From Macrostomum hystrix (taxonomy: Eukaryota; Animalia; Platyhelminthes), in NCBI GenBank assembly GCA_950097015.1, contig CATNEN010000001.1:7936001-8000000 (forward strand): a stretch of DNA of 64,000 nt. Direction: 5' to 3'. This document shows positions 1 through 12,704 of the stretch, piece after piece (position 1 is the first letter of the stretch; each line of letters starts with the position of its first letter). The notes under the pieces were generated by a model. It saw only the letters and a program-made list of their open reading frames with translations. It did no database searches and was not told the DNA's origin. The translations under genes and the position numbers were made by a program.

Positions 1-1242
1 AATGACATGACAACCTCGGAGGCGTGGAGATGGTTTTACATAAACCTCGTCAAAAATGATTGAACAGTATCGCTGCTTTTGTGTATAGTGCTGAAATTGA
101 GCCTCAATAGTCTTTATACAATCACTGTCTGATCGCACTGTGCCGAGACCTCCAAGATGTCTTCTCAATGTCGCAGGATGTGGTAGGTGTAAGGTTTTTC
201 TGCAGACACGGTAGCTCTGACGGCTTGAAAAGTACAAACTTGCAGACATTAGAATGTCTTTAGATTCATATCTTGTGTTGGCAGACGACGTAAAACATAG
301 CTCCACTTGCCAAGCAATGAATTCTTGGCGAATATCTTGAAAGTCTCGGCTGAGAGACTGCAGAGCACTGATGTGAGACAATGCTTCGATCGAAGAAGTA
401 GGCTCTGCAAATTTGACTCGATTGACAATCGCTTCTACGAGCGTAGTTGGCTAAATCTTTCCAATTTGTGCTGGAAACCAAGTAGATCGCGAATATTGAT
501 AGGCGTGTTGCATCTGTAAGCAGAAGCTGAAAAACCATTCTGCACACACACGGACTGCTGAACATGTCGTTCTTGTACAATGAAGAAATTTACTCTGAAC
601 TCCTCCCGCTGCGCCATCCATTCTCCACTCGAAACAAAACTGAGTGTAAAAGCAGTCAGGAGGAAATTCGCCCATGAGACGATTTTATCAGCAGCATTGA
701 ATGTAGAGAGCTCATCAGGCGAGCGATTGCGCTCATTTATAAGAACGCCGCGCTGCTTTGAGCGCCTCAATTTTTCTGAAAGGTATTATTAGTCACGTAA
801 TAGGCGAACAGTATAACTCAACTCATGTCAGTAGTAAGAAACCTTGTCCTAACTTACTGGACACCGTCTGACGAAAGGAACTGGCTGGAGCTCAATGAAA
901 CACAGATGGTGCAGATCAATCGGACGTGTGTGATTCTTCACCTTGAGCATCCGTGCGTTCTCAGGCCAGTGCTTTTTACAAACACCCATCTACTTTGTTG
1001 CTTTCTGTGTACGATTAACACAACATCAATTACAAAAAAGGTTGACTTATAAAAACATTAATCCGTTTACACATTAAGTTTATATAGTTGATATTTTGAT
1101 GCTCACCGATGAGTAAGTCAGCAAAGCCGTCATCCAAATGCTCGCTTCTCGTTCGTCCCGCGGGAAACTATAGACAGTACATATATATCCACTGTCGTAG
1201 TTGCTCTTGCAGCCTAGCTTTTACGCAGCACTTTCTTGGCAT
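1..1242 (-). pseudogene. Decayed P-element-superfamily transposase (THAP domain plus start of the catalytic region), running off the left edge
   Basis: Manual minus-strand translation: ATG at 1242 MPRKCCV/(frameshift)/GCKSNYDSGYICTVYSFPRDEREASIWMTAL...GVCKKHW...RPID/APSVF (C2CH THAP signature with AVPTIF-like box); then RYESKDILMSASLYFSSRQSYRVCRKTLHLPHPATLRRHL...CSIIFDEVYVKP (P-element/THAP9 LPxxxTL and FDExxxK motifs). In-frame stops and frameshifts; a GTAAGT...TTTCAG intron at 776-857. Confidence 0.85.
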
Positions 1243-1486
1243 GATGCGAAAACCAAAGAAATCACGCTAGCATCTGTCTTCTGCAGGACTAAAAAAACTA
1301 ATAACGAACTGAGATAGAAAAGCAGACTAGGACAACTAAAAGTAAAAGGCTAAACAATTTGCGTTCCTTTTGAGCGACGTGAAGACTTTTAGTCTACGCC
1401 ATAGACTTTTAGCATCATTTAGCCAGCCTTCTGAAAAATTTGCACAAAACGCGATTGCAATGTCCTGTGTTGTTTAGTAGTCCTTG
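1..1486 (-). mobile_element. P-element-like DNA transposon, 5' part with candidate terminus CAAGGACTACTA
   Basis: Minus strand reads CAAGGACTACTA from 1486, about 240 bp upstream of the transposase ATG; resembles CAAGGACCACTA at 2218 (+) and 46130 (-). The other end lies outside the window. Confidence 0.55.
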
Positions 1487-2217
1487 CAGATACCATTTCC
1501 ATACCTGAGAGTGCAGCGCAGCGGCGTGCTAGACTGCTCATTGGCTTGTGAGGCTAGAAACATGGACTGCTACGGCTTCTGGTGGCAGCGAGGCCTCTGC
1601 CAGCTGTTCAATTTGACAGCCTTGAGTTGAAAGTTATTTTTGTTAGCAACGGACCAGTAAATGTTTTCACCAAGCCGATGTGTAAGCATTGTATGCTAAT
1701 GTGTGCCAGATTTTACTATTTATTAATTTCATCTGTTATATTGTCAGAATTTCCACGCAATAAATCGCTGTATACTATTTGAAGTGTAATGTCCGTCGCA
1801 TTCCACACAATTTTCAGCAATACAAAAGCTGAGTATTAGCAGCTGCCAGCAGAGCTCAGCATTAAAAATTTTTGGTTGCTCACTGGCGTTAGACAACGGT
1901 TCGTCCCAAATTTTCGATGACGGTTCGTGTACTCACACGCTGTTTAATAAAAGCGAATAAAAGCAAAGTTCATGGCGTCTTTCTCTGTAGCTAATTTCAG
2001 TTGCTTCGCCTTTGGCAAACAAATTCAGCTTCTGTCCCTACAGAATTATAAAGAATTGAATCCAGTGTCTCTCTGAGAGCTTGTGGCATTTTCGGCCACT
2101 ATCGTTTAAAATTAAAATAAAAATTTAAAATAAAATTAAAATTTAAAATCGGCTTTTTTTCGAAGAAACTTGAACTATTGTTACGGACACAAATTACTTA
2201 GCAACGCAGCGAATTTG

Positions 2218-2545
2218 CAAGGACCACTAGAAGAAGATGGACGGGAATCTTGGTTTCTTGGAAAATTTATTTAAGGAAGATTTTTACAATGCACACGCAA
2301 GAAATTGGAATTTTTCACGTTTTTCACATTATAATGTTGAAAACATTTTATTGGAAGCAGATCCAATGCTGTTCTTTTAATATTTTTTATAAATTTAATA
2401 TCTTTTAATATTTATTTCTTAATTTAATATATTTTAATATTTAATATTCTTATGATATAAGAAGCACAAAAATGTTGCTTCAACAAATTTTAGAAAGCTT
2501 CATTCACGAATAATTGATCTTCATTATATTTTTGTTTATTTAGGC
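2218..2545 (+). mobile_element. Non-autonomous P-like element fragment (left end)
   Basis: Starts CAAGGACCACTAGAAGAAGA; internal cttcattcacgaataattgatcttcatt also occurs, slightly changed, at ~45955. Confidence 0.45.
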
Positions 2546-4109
2546 CTATCATGTAGCTCAATAACCAGTTAATAACTGTCTCGTGACTAACTCAATTTTA
2601 CAGTCAATTTCTGATCAAGTATAATTGCATTGCGTGAGTTATGTAGAATTTCCCATTAACAAATCAGTAGGCCAAACTATATGCTAATTTTATGTCTGAT
2701 TGCTTGCTATTTTGATTAATGAATACTGTTAATATTGTGAAAATTCTTACTATTAACCTTTTAATATACTTCTTCTACGCAGGAGATTTTGTGCATGGTT
2801 TTTTACAAGTTACCGCTAAAGTCAGTCAGAAATTTAAGGCATGATGGTGCTTTTAAAATTTTGTGTGTTAGATTTATTACACCTTCAATTCGTGTGTTTC
2901 TTCGTGATTCAAATCTAGCATGCTGTATAAACAACACCAGCAAGTTCTCGCTCAATTTTCAAAGAAATCTCACCTCAATAGTGTGACGATGTCACTATTT
3001 ATTTTTGGTTTACTTTATCTTTCTTTGATACCTGGCGCAAATTTTATTATAACTTGAAAGAGCGTCGGAGCGTCGGAGCGGAATATAGCTAAAGTCTAAG
3101 GATTACAGACATTTGAAATAATTAAGACATTTTAATTAGCTGGAGACTAACCACATTGGATTCGAGAACAAGTAACCGGGACCCTGGCGCTGCCGCTGAC
3201 AAGCCGTGGTTGACTTTAAGAAATCGTTATTGGTCTTGCATAATTTCTTCTGACTTCTGGGAAAACTCGTCTGCACACTAACTCTAGTTCGTCTCAATAG
3301 CTTACTTTATGTGTAAGAAAACCAGAAGTATAGAACGATTTCCATAGCTTTCCTTTCAAAATTAAGATTAGCAATTCAAATGAAGAAATAAAATCATTTT
3401 TAACAAACGAAAGAAATTGTTTCATCGAAGCATTTTACAGATAATAACTTTTTGATTGAGGAAATTCAGTGGGCACGAATTCAGTCCTATATAAAGAATT
3501 TATGCATTTATTTCTTATTTCACTACGCTGCTTTAAATCTAATTAATTATCAAGGCGATTTTGTTTCGGATTCAATCATTTAGGACATAAAATTGTTTGT
3601 TTTTCTAATGAGGTATTCAAGCCGCAGCCAATTTATTCTTATTTTTACAAATGCGACTTCGCAAACAAGTAGAAGCTTAGCAAAATTACTTTTGTGTCAG
3701 CAATTATCAGGTTTTTTTAAAGCAAAAATGCACAAATATTTCGCATAGGTGCGGTGACAAAATCATGGATTGCTAATACTCATGGTCTCTGATTAACTAT
3801 GTTCGCTTTAATTTAATTTAGTCTTCAACAACTTTCAAATTCTTGTAAATCTTTACGCAGTAAATCTTGTGCAACTGTAGTATTGGGTATCAAACATAAT
3901 AAAAACATGAATGGGGAGTTAGATAAAAATGCTGATGACAGCGATACAGCCCAACTCATGATTATGAAGTTTTCAAATATTCTCTTTTACTGAAAGGTTT
4001 GCGTTTAATGCCCAAGACGACAAATTCAAACGGTCCTTCTTATCACGCCCTGATTCGAATTACAATATTAAATTCTTCTCAAGTTTGATAGTCTAACTTG
4101 CAATTTACT

Positions 4110-4311
4110 TGAAGTACGCCCCTGAGGGCCAAGCTCAAAGGCACAGTGAGAGTGTACACTGCCTGACAATAAGAAAGCCAGAGCAGATTTACTCACCTGT
4201 GTGGGTGTGTGCTCAGGAGTCAGCGAAATGGTCCGAATTGCCTCCTCGCTGGCTACGGGTCTAGTGTCACCAAATGATGTGCAATTGCTCGCAGCCCTCC
4301 TGTACTTATTA

Positions 4312-4359
<48 letters not shown>

Positions 4360-4360
4360 G
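4110..4360 (+). mobile_element. 5'-truncated tRNA-derived SINE copy with (TTA)n tail
   Basis: Reverse complement of the elements at 24228-24562 and 32182-32512; ends cagccctcctg followed by a (TTA)n run at ~4307-4359. A hairpin-only fragment follows at ~4378-4430. Confidence 0.75.
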
Positions 4361-4681
4361 CCCACCAAAGACACATTGAGGGTGTACACTGCCCGACGAC
4401 GAGAAAACCAGGGCAGAAGTACACATCTGTCTTAAAGCGTACCTGTGTACGTCAATACCAGAAATTACCAGAAAGAATTTCTTCAGCAGAGGATATGTTC
4501 TTAGAAAGTTACCAGCATTTGGCTCAACAGACGAAGTATAACAAAAATAAAACTAGAGCCGGCAATATAAAATTAGCAATCCGCTAAGAAACAATACTAT
4601 TTGAGAAAAGCAGTATGATCAGAGAACAAATCCTAGGAGGCAAAAAAGGGTCAACGGGTAGAAAAGACTAACGACTGTGGC

Positions 4682-5914
4682 CTAGAGCGAAGTCAACATG
4701 CTGGTGGTTTGAAGAACCTGCCCAGCTGCGTCCCTCTGGTGCCGGAGTCGGGACAACTCGAGTCCGATCTCAGTTTCGGCAATCAAAAATGCTCGACGCA
4801 GCTGGAGAGCGAACACTGTGAGAAGAACCCCGGCCGCGGGAAAATAGACCAGGTGAAGCCAGTACACGGCTTCCACAGCCGATTCCTGAATCGGCTGACG
4901 CGATGGCAGGTTACGGAGCACAGTCTGCAGCATGGAGGTGACGCAGTGCGGCAGTTGCGTCACTGCCTGCAGGAGGCTCAGCGTCAGCAGCGCTGTTCGG
5001 GCGATGCGCATGGGCCGACCGCTCAGCAGCCGCGACTCGCACCGATAGTATCCTCTGTGGCTGCGCTCAGCAACGCGTCCTCCATCGACAATCGTGACAG
5101 CCGACGGTGCGGCGCCGATGCCGTTGCCTTGCGCGGTGGCATCGGGGATGCAGCGTCGAAGCGGCAGCTGCTGAGTGACTTGGCCTCGGCGATTTTTTTG
5201 TCGACGATTGTGACACTGGTTTCGGTCGATTCCGCCATCCTGATAGTACTCAGGACTGTTGCTGTCTTCAGTGTCAGACGAGTCGCCAGTGTCGCCGTCA
5301 GTATCGTCGTCCCTGTACGGCTTGTAGGCGCACAGCAGACAGGTGAGAGCCAGGTGCACCAGCAGTGGTGCGGCCAGCAGAACGGACAACGGGCCCAACC
5401 AGGCCCAGCGTTCGGCCATTAGACAGCGGCCTTCGTTACGCAGCGCAGACTCAGTAGACTCTTTGTGCATGAGCAGCACAGGTAGCAGGCCCAAACTGCA
5501 GGCCGCCCAGGGCAGGCAGTGCGCGGTGAGGTAGCCAAGACGAGTGCAGCTCCGACCGCACCGCCTGGGCGGATAGCGGATGCTGCGAAAGCAGACGGTA
5601 ATTGCTATTGTCAAGTACAGGTACAATGCCGGGAGGAACAACCTGCAGAACAAATAGACTTTGCAACTGATTCGCCAACCCGGCTGATCGAATTTGCCAT
5701 GGGCGGATAGCAGCAGCGAATGAATGGATGTGACCAAGCCTGCGTGCAGGCAGCCGACAAGCCCGGCATGCAGGCACAGGCCGTGCAGCAGGTCACCGTA
5801 GCGCCTACAGCCGCCAACCAGTGCTACTCCAGCCAGTGCCAGATTGGCAGCTCCGGTTGCTGCGGCGAGGCCGAGACCCAGGCCGCCACCTGGCCAGGCG
5901 ATTTGCAGCGACAT
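4682..5914 (-). CDS. Intronless divergent seven-transmembrane (rhodopsin-like) GPCR, 410 aa
   Basis: ATG ORF, GC-rich against AT-rich flanks. About seven hydrophobic segments; Cys at top of TM3 (SCKVYLF), TM4 Trp (LPWAAC), ECL2 Cys (GRCLM), TM5 Pro, long third intracellular loop, TM6 xLP (TQLPH), helix-8-like LRRAF. Confidence 0.75.
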   Translation of the reverse strand: MSLQIAWPGGGLGLGLAAATGAANLALAGVALVGGCRRYGDLLHGLCLHAGLVGCLHAGLVTSIHSLLLSAHGKFDQPGWRISCKVYLFCRLFLPALYLYLTIAITVCFRSIRYPPRRCGRSCTRLGYLTAHCLPWAACSLGLLPVLLMHKESTESALRNEGRCLMAERWAWLGPLSVLLAAPLLVHLALTCLLCAYKPYRDDDTDGDTGDSSDTEDSNSPEYYQDGGIDRNQCHNRRQKNRRGQVTQQLPLRRCIPDATAQGNGIGAAPSAVTIVDGGRVAERSHRGYYRCESRLLSGRPMRIARTALLTLSLLQAVTQLPHCVTSMLQTVLRNLPSRQPIQESAVEAVYWLHLVYFPAAGVLLTVFALQLRRAFLIAETEIGLELSRLRHQRDAAGQVLQTTSMLTSL

Positions 5915-7458
5915 GTGTCACTCACTCCAACTATTAGTCAGTCGTTTGCACAGGACGAAACGGGCGACACGTCCAGTTGAAGGTGACGAATTCTGTCTAG
6001 ATGTGGCATCGTCCAGCAAAGTTGGGGAACTTGCCCAAAAGTTTCTCAAGCTGCAATGCACAATTGGGTCTGTGAGGGCGGCCCGTGATAGTCGATTCCC
6101 CTCCGTTTGTAACTATTTTATTTCGAAGTCCGCCACCAGATTTTAGTTTGCGGCCTCTTAAACAAGCCTGTAGTTTTTTTTGCTGGCCTGTGGATAAATA
6201 TACACGCGGATGCGCCCAGCAAACACACGGTTATATTCTTTATACCCCAATTTTTTTCCTACGCTGTCCCTCTCCTAACCTCCATTGCCTTCACCAACCC
6301 CAATCCGGCCGACGATTTCTCTCCCATTCCGCGATCCCACTCGGTCTCTGGTTTTCTCCCCTTCTCTTTCTACTCCCCACCCGGCAGGCCAGAAAGGCAT
6401 AATCCCAAATCCCGGCAGTCCTACAACGGTACCTCAACTGCTCCCGCTGCTCTCCCTAGACGGCCGCCCTCCACCCGGTCTGCCCCCCGCTGCGTATTCC
6501 AGCCTAGGCAGCCCTGGCCAGCCAATGTCGCAGCGACCTTCCCAGTCCCGGGCTCTCCAAATATATATATTTTCTAGGAATTGGCGAAAGTCGGCCCGGC
6601 TGTTACAGACGGGGCCATTGGGCGGGACGGCGGATACACGGCTGGTATAGGAGCCAGCAGGAGAGAAAGCTCCCTTGCTGCTAGACGCGAGGCCTGTCGC
6701 CCTGTCTATACTCTCGGCTCCTTTTCTTTTTTTATTTTACTCTTCCTCCACGCAATTTTCTTATTCTTGACTCAGCCAATACGATTGGGGAGCAGTATAG
6801 TGCGGGAAGAAATAAGTGCCGATTTCCGAATCCCCCAGAATTCCCATCATCTTCTCTAAAATGGCATTCAAGGCTTTGAGGTTTGGCTTTCAGCTGTCCA
6901 GCCTCTACAGATTTTTTAAATAATTGCGCTGCAACTTTTATTTTTATCCTATATACGGCCCACTGATTCTAGGATCAAATCAAATCAAATGTTTCGCTTT
7001 TTACGATAAACCAACCACGACCTTCACCGCTCAGAAACCGGTCAGCAATAGCAATAGCATGACGGCCGAATTCCCGATTTCAAAGACTTCTAGACTTCTA
7101 GACTATTTATTCTCTCTCTCAAAACTTGCCCGCTGGCGGATCGCGTGGCGGCCAGGATTCAACGGGCCCGTCTGTCGAAGAAATAGGAGGCCAAGCAGGC
7201 AAGTCCCAGATCCTGCGTGATTATCCCAGGGCCGACTTCCTGGCTGACTGAGCATTTGCATTAACTTTAAAAAAAGGTAAAACAAAATTTTGGAAAGAGC
7301 GACCAAACAAGAAGGTCGTGCAGCACTCTGAATTCTTAGATGTCAAACAAACTTTCGTACGATTGTGTACATAAAAGAGAATATTGTACGGGTTAGCAAA
7401 CTCCCAACACAGCTCGCTTAGCTCCTGAATCTAGCCCTCAGGCCCTTTTAAGTCTCTT

Positions 7459-7633
7459 CCGTGTCTGATCTCTCTACTGTCACATCTAATCCCGTGTCTG
7501 ATCTCTCTACTGTCACATCTAATCCCGTGTCTGATCTCTCTACTGTCACATCTAATCCCGTGTCTGATCTCTCTACTGTCACATCTAATCCCGTGTCTGA
7601 TCTCTCTACTGTCACATCTAATCCCGTGTCTGA
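7459..7633 (+). repeat. 33-bp minisatellite, ~5 copies (ccgtgtctgatctctctactgtcacatctaatc)
   Basis: Perfect tandem copies read directly. Confidence 0.95.
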
Positions 7634-7659
7634 TCGGGACTTATCTCTCGCGTGTCAGA

Positions 7660-8140
7660 TTTTTCCCGTGTCTCTTCTCTCCCGTGTCTTACCTCTCCCG
7701 CGTCTCATCTCTCCCGTGTCTCATCTCTCCCGTGTCTCATCTCTCCCGTGTCTCATCTCTCTCGTGTCTCATCTCTCTCATGTCTCATCTCTCCCGTGTC
7801 TCATCTCTCCCGTGTCTCATCTCTCTCATGTCTCATCTCTCCCGTGTCTCATCTCTCCCGTGTCTCATCTCTCTCGTGTCTCATCTCTCTCATGTCTCAT
7901 CTCTCCCGTGTCTCATCTCTCCCGTGTGTCATCTCTCCCGTGTCTCATCTCTCCCGTGTCTCATCTCTCTCGTGTCTCATCTCTCTCATGTCTCATCTCT
8001 CCCGTGTCTCATCTCTCCCGTGTCTCATCTCTCTCATGTCTCATCTCTCCCGTGTCTCATCTCTCCCGTGTCTCATCTCTCTCGTGTCTCATCTCTCCCG
8101 TGTCTCATCTCTCCCGTGTCTCATCTCTCCCGTGTCTCAT
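7660..8140 (+). repeat. 16-bp minisatellite (tctcatctctcccgtg)n
   Basis: Read directly; source of the spurious SHLSRVSSLPCLISPV ORFs. Confidence 0.95.
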
Positions 8141-10039
8141 TCATTCTCTTCTTGTTTCATCATCTCATTTTTGCTATCCTTTCTACACTGCATCTCAACC
8201 CGTGTCTCATGTCTTCCAGGTCAATACGGTCGGTTTTTGGTATTTTTTAGGTTCCCCTTCTTGAACCACGAAGCAAATAGGCTTCCCAAAAAGTGCACGA
8301 ACTGGGATAAGTTTGAGTAAGTTTGACTTGGGCAAGCAATTCGTTTGCGTAAGTGAGCCGATGTCGATTTTAGAAATGAGAATGATGCATAAAGAAATAG
8401 AGGAAAGTTGATTAGAGTTGAGCAGTACTTGTCAAGTGAAGCGCCTATATAGTTTTTTCATTCTCTCGCTGTGTGGGGGATTTCATTTTTTGCTCATGCC
8501 TCTGTGAGCAGAGCTGTTCGTTGTGACTCATATATAGCTAGCTGTCCTTGTATAATAGTCATAGTTGCTCAGTTCTGTAATAAATACATGGGCATTAATG
8601 TCAGACACATGCCTAGTCGACAATTCCCTCGAGACAACCTCTAAAAGGAAGCTCATAAACGAGTATACAGCGATTTGGTATTTAGCATATATATATAGCA
8701 CTTATCGCACTATCGAAGCTATCGAACTTTTACGTATTTTTTCTAAATAATTAATTAACTAATTGCATGTTAGTATTCTACCTGATTAAATGGATAATAA
8801 CTGATTATAGTACAAGTAATTGGCACTGATGCAGTTCACATCATGACAACTTTGTCATCGATGAAACTAATGCTTGATTTGATTATATGATATACTTGTA
8901 GATGATTAATTGCCTACCTGTCCTACCTGCTTCAGGCTATACAAAAGTAATTGCAGATGGATTAAGCACTTAATCGGCTGTCAATGTTAAGTATTGCTAA
9001 TCAAAATACCTGCCTAATTGGTACCAGAACCTACCGAATGAGAATAACCGCTATATAACTATAATGCATCATCGTCTGACCATTCCATAAAATTCTTGAC
9101 CATAAAATACGCAGCATATATCTAGCAAATTATCTAGGATTACTATTTTCTAACTTTAAATAGTGCATCAGTGCGCAATTTAGAAAGGCCAACTCTCTAG
9201 GCCAACAAGTAGGCACCTGTTGATGGGACCTAGGCTTCTATAATCAGAATGGGAAATGGGATAAAAGAAATGGGAGGAAAATGCGAAGTCCACCCAACGC
9301 GGTTCCCAAAGCTCTTCAATTTGTTTTCACTTCACAGCTTTGCTTGATAATTGCTTGCACAGCTTAGAATTGCAATGTACTTTTAAAGACGGTTAACTAT
9401 TCTGTCCGTAGACAATACCTTTAACAATAGTTAGTTGGTTTAGTTAAGTCTTGAGGAGGTTTAAAGGATGTCTTACATTAGGAACTGAAGATAATGAGCT
9501 TGAAGGAAAGACTTAATTGAGACCGACTCACACACTTAGCATCGATGCCGCTAGACCTTAGGACAGTGACTTGGGATTCGGTTCCCATCTCACTTTCATC
9601 CGCTTGCTAAAGAAATAAGATTTCCACCCCAACGCCAGCTTGTTAACCCTGCATGAGTTCCCGAGGTCTCCGGGCTGTGTTGGAGAGACAGGCGGGCAGC
9701 TGTGATTGATTGGGGCAGAGAGGTTGAAAAAAACTAGAGAGCTAATTGGGCCAGCCAGCCCGGTTGCTAAGTGGACCTCACAAACCTCACGGGGCTCTGA
9801 GAACTATCCGAGTGCTTTTCAGCGCCTCTTGAGTGATCGGAAATCAGGGGAAAATCATAGAACGATCTTCGGTGGATCTCAAACTGATGGAAGTTCTCAA
9901 TAGCAGCAGCGAGTCATATTGCTGCTCAAAATTAAGAACTGCTCAAAAGTCTATTGCAGCAGAGAGTATTACTGTTCGTTTTCCTCTGATAAATCCATAT
10001 TTAATCAATCCCGTCTCTAGTATCCCACGTTATTTTTTT

Positions 10040-11377
10040 TCTCTCCAGCATCTCATCTAACTCGTGTCTCACCTCTCCCGTGTCTCACCTCTCCCGTGTC
10101 TCATCTCTCCCGTGTCTCATCCCTCCCGTGTCTCATCTCTCCCCTGCCTCATCTCTCCCGTGTCTCATCCCTCCCGTGTCTCATCTCTCCCGTGTCTCAT
10201 CTCTCCCCTGCCTCATCTCTCCCGTGTCTCATCCCTCCCGTGTCTCATCTCTACCCTGCCTCATCTCTATGGTGTCTCACCTCTCCCCTGCCTCATCTCT
10301 CCCCTGCCTCATCTCTCCCGTGTCTCATCTCTCCCGTGTCTCATCTCTCCCGTGTCTCATCTCTCCCGTGTCTCATCTCTACCCTGCCTCATCTCTCCCC
10401 TGCCTCATCTCTCCCGTGTCTCATCTCTCCCGTGTCTCATCTCTCCCGTGTGTCATCTCTCCCGTGTCTCATCTCTCCCGTGTCTCATCTCTCCCGTGTC
10501 TCATCTCTCCCGTGTCCTATCTCTCTTGTGTGTAATCTCTCCAGTGTCTCATCTCTCCCGTGTCTCATCTCTCCAGTTTCACATCACTCCCGTGTCTCAT
10601 CTCTCCCCTGCCTCATCTCTACGGTGTCCAATCCCTCCCGTGTCTCATCTCTCCCCTTCCTCATCTCTCTCCTGCCTCATCTCTACGGTGTCCAATCACT
10701 CCCGTGTCTCATCTCTCCCCTGCCTCATCTCTACGGTCTCCAATCACTCCCGTGTCTCATCTCTCCCCTGCCTCATCTTTACGGTGTCCAATCACTCCCG
10801 TGTCTCATCTCTCCCCTGCCTCATCTCTCCCGTGTCTCATCTCTCCCGTGTCTCATCTCTCCCGTGTCTCATCTCTCCCCTGCCTCATCTCTCCCGTGTC
10901 TCATCCCTCCCGTGTCTCACCTCTCCCCTGCCTCATCTCTCCCGTGTCTCATCTCTCCCGTGTCTCATCTCTCCCGTGTCTCATCTCTCCCCTGCCTCAT
11001 CTCTCCCGTGTCTCATCTCTCCCGTGTCTCATCTCTCCCCTGCCTCATCTCTCCCGTGTCTCATCTCTCCCGTGTCTCATCTCTCCCGTGTCTCATCTCT
11101 CCCGTGTCTCATCTCTCCCGTGTCTCATCTCTCCCGTGTCTCACCTCTCCCCTGCCTCACTTCTCCCGTGTCTCATCTCTACCCTGCCTCATCTCTCCCC
11201 TGCCTCATCTCTCCCGTGTCCAATCTCTCCCGTGTCCAATCTCTCCCGTGTCCAATCTCTCCCGTGTCCAATCTCTCCCGTGTCCAATCTCTCCCGTGTC
11301 CAATCTCTCCCGTGTCCAATCTCTCCCGTGTCCAATCTCTCCCGTGTCCAATCTCTCCCGTGTCCAATCTCTCCCGT
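10040..11377 (+). repeat. 16-bp minisatellite (tctcatctctcccgtg)n ending in a homogeneous tccaatctctcccgtg block
   Basis: Read directly; variant block at ~11217-11377. Confidence 0.95.
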
Positions 11378-11819
11378 TTCTATTTCAAAACAGACAGTAA
11401 AATAAATATCAAAATTATTGATCTTTGGTGTCGGCGCAAAAGCTAATAAATAATAAATGCCAAATATTCCATTTGCGTATCCCTCCATGCTACGAGTAAT
11501 TATAATTCCATCAGCCGTTCCCAATGCATCCAGTGTGGCTAGCCGAAAATGTAATCACTGAAATCGTTGAATATCTTATTTGCCTCCCACCACTCAATGA
11601 GATGTGCTCACACAGCGCCCTAGGAGTGCCTCGACTTGATTCTTCCTCTTTGGTCTCTTCATGATTTAGCTGCCAGAAAATATCTATGAAAGAGACGAGG
11701 ACTTCAGACCGCTGATCTTGATGAAACTAGAGACTTAACACCGGTTTGACTTATCGGACTCAAAAACTTTTGTACTCAGAAATCTTTATCATACGGATGA
11801 AAAAATTGTTTACAATTGA

Positions 11820-12300
11820 TATGAAATCTCATTCTCATAGACCTCATATCTCATTCTCATCAATCCCTAATCTCTTTCTCATCGATCTTAAATCTCATTC
11901 TCATCGATCTCTAATCTCATTCTCATAGACCTCATATATCATTCTCATCAATCCCTAATCTCTTTCTCATCGATCTTAAATCTCTTTCTCATCGATCTTA
12001 AATCTCTTTCTCATCGATCTTAAATCTCTTTCTCATCGATCTCAAATCTCTTTCTCATCGATCTCTAATCTCTTTCACATTGATCTCTAATCTCTTTCTC
12101 ATCGATCTCTAATCTCTTTCTCATCGATCTCAAATCTCTTTCTCATTGATCTCAAATCTCTTTCTCATCGATCTCAAATCAATTTCTCATTGATCTCTAA
12201 TCTCTTTCTCATTGATCTCAAATCTCTTTCTCATAGATCTCAAATCTCCTCCTCATTGATCTCATATCACTTGCTCGTTAATCTCAAATCTCTTTCTCAA
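11820..12300 (+). repeat. ~22-bp minisatellite (atctctttctcatcgatctcaa)n
   Basis: Read directly. Confidence 0.9.
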
Positions 12301-12704
12301 CGAGCAGAATTTCCATCTCGTCTATGTATATTATTGTCTTGTCGGTCAGTCAGCATAACATGCATTCCTCATGCATGTTACTGAATGTACAATAGTGAGA
12401 TTTGAAATTCAGGTTGTACATTTTGAACTAGCCTTTTTAGCCTCTGTGTCAGAAAATAAAGCAAAAACAAACCTCAAAAACGGTCTCATACCAATGACAG
12501 CAAAAGCACTCGCTGACTGAACTGCAGAGGTTTCAGTCTAGTCGTGATTAAGCCCTTGGGCAAAAACTGATTAAATCTTCGAGTGCTGCTGCTTTCCTTT
12601 GAATTAATGAGAAAACTTTTCTGCACAAGAGAAATTTTACTGAAAATCTTCAGTTTAGAAGGGGATTCATAACGGGAGTCAGACTGAGTCTAAAGAAATT
12701 GACA

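Noticed and set aside
4709-5422. 237-aa plus-strand ORF, and similar antisense ORFs over the UBAP2L and aminopeptidase exons
   Set aside because: Antisense shadows of GC-rich coding sequence with no recognisable motifs.
6240-7250. GC-rich non-coding stretch with short ORFs upstream of the GPCR
   Set aside because: May be TE-derived or regulatory, but no termini, domain or second copy was found in the window.
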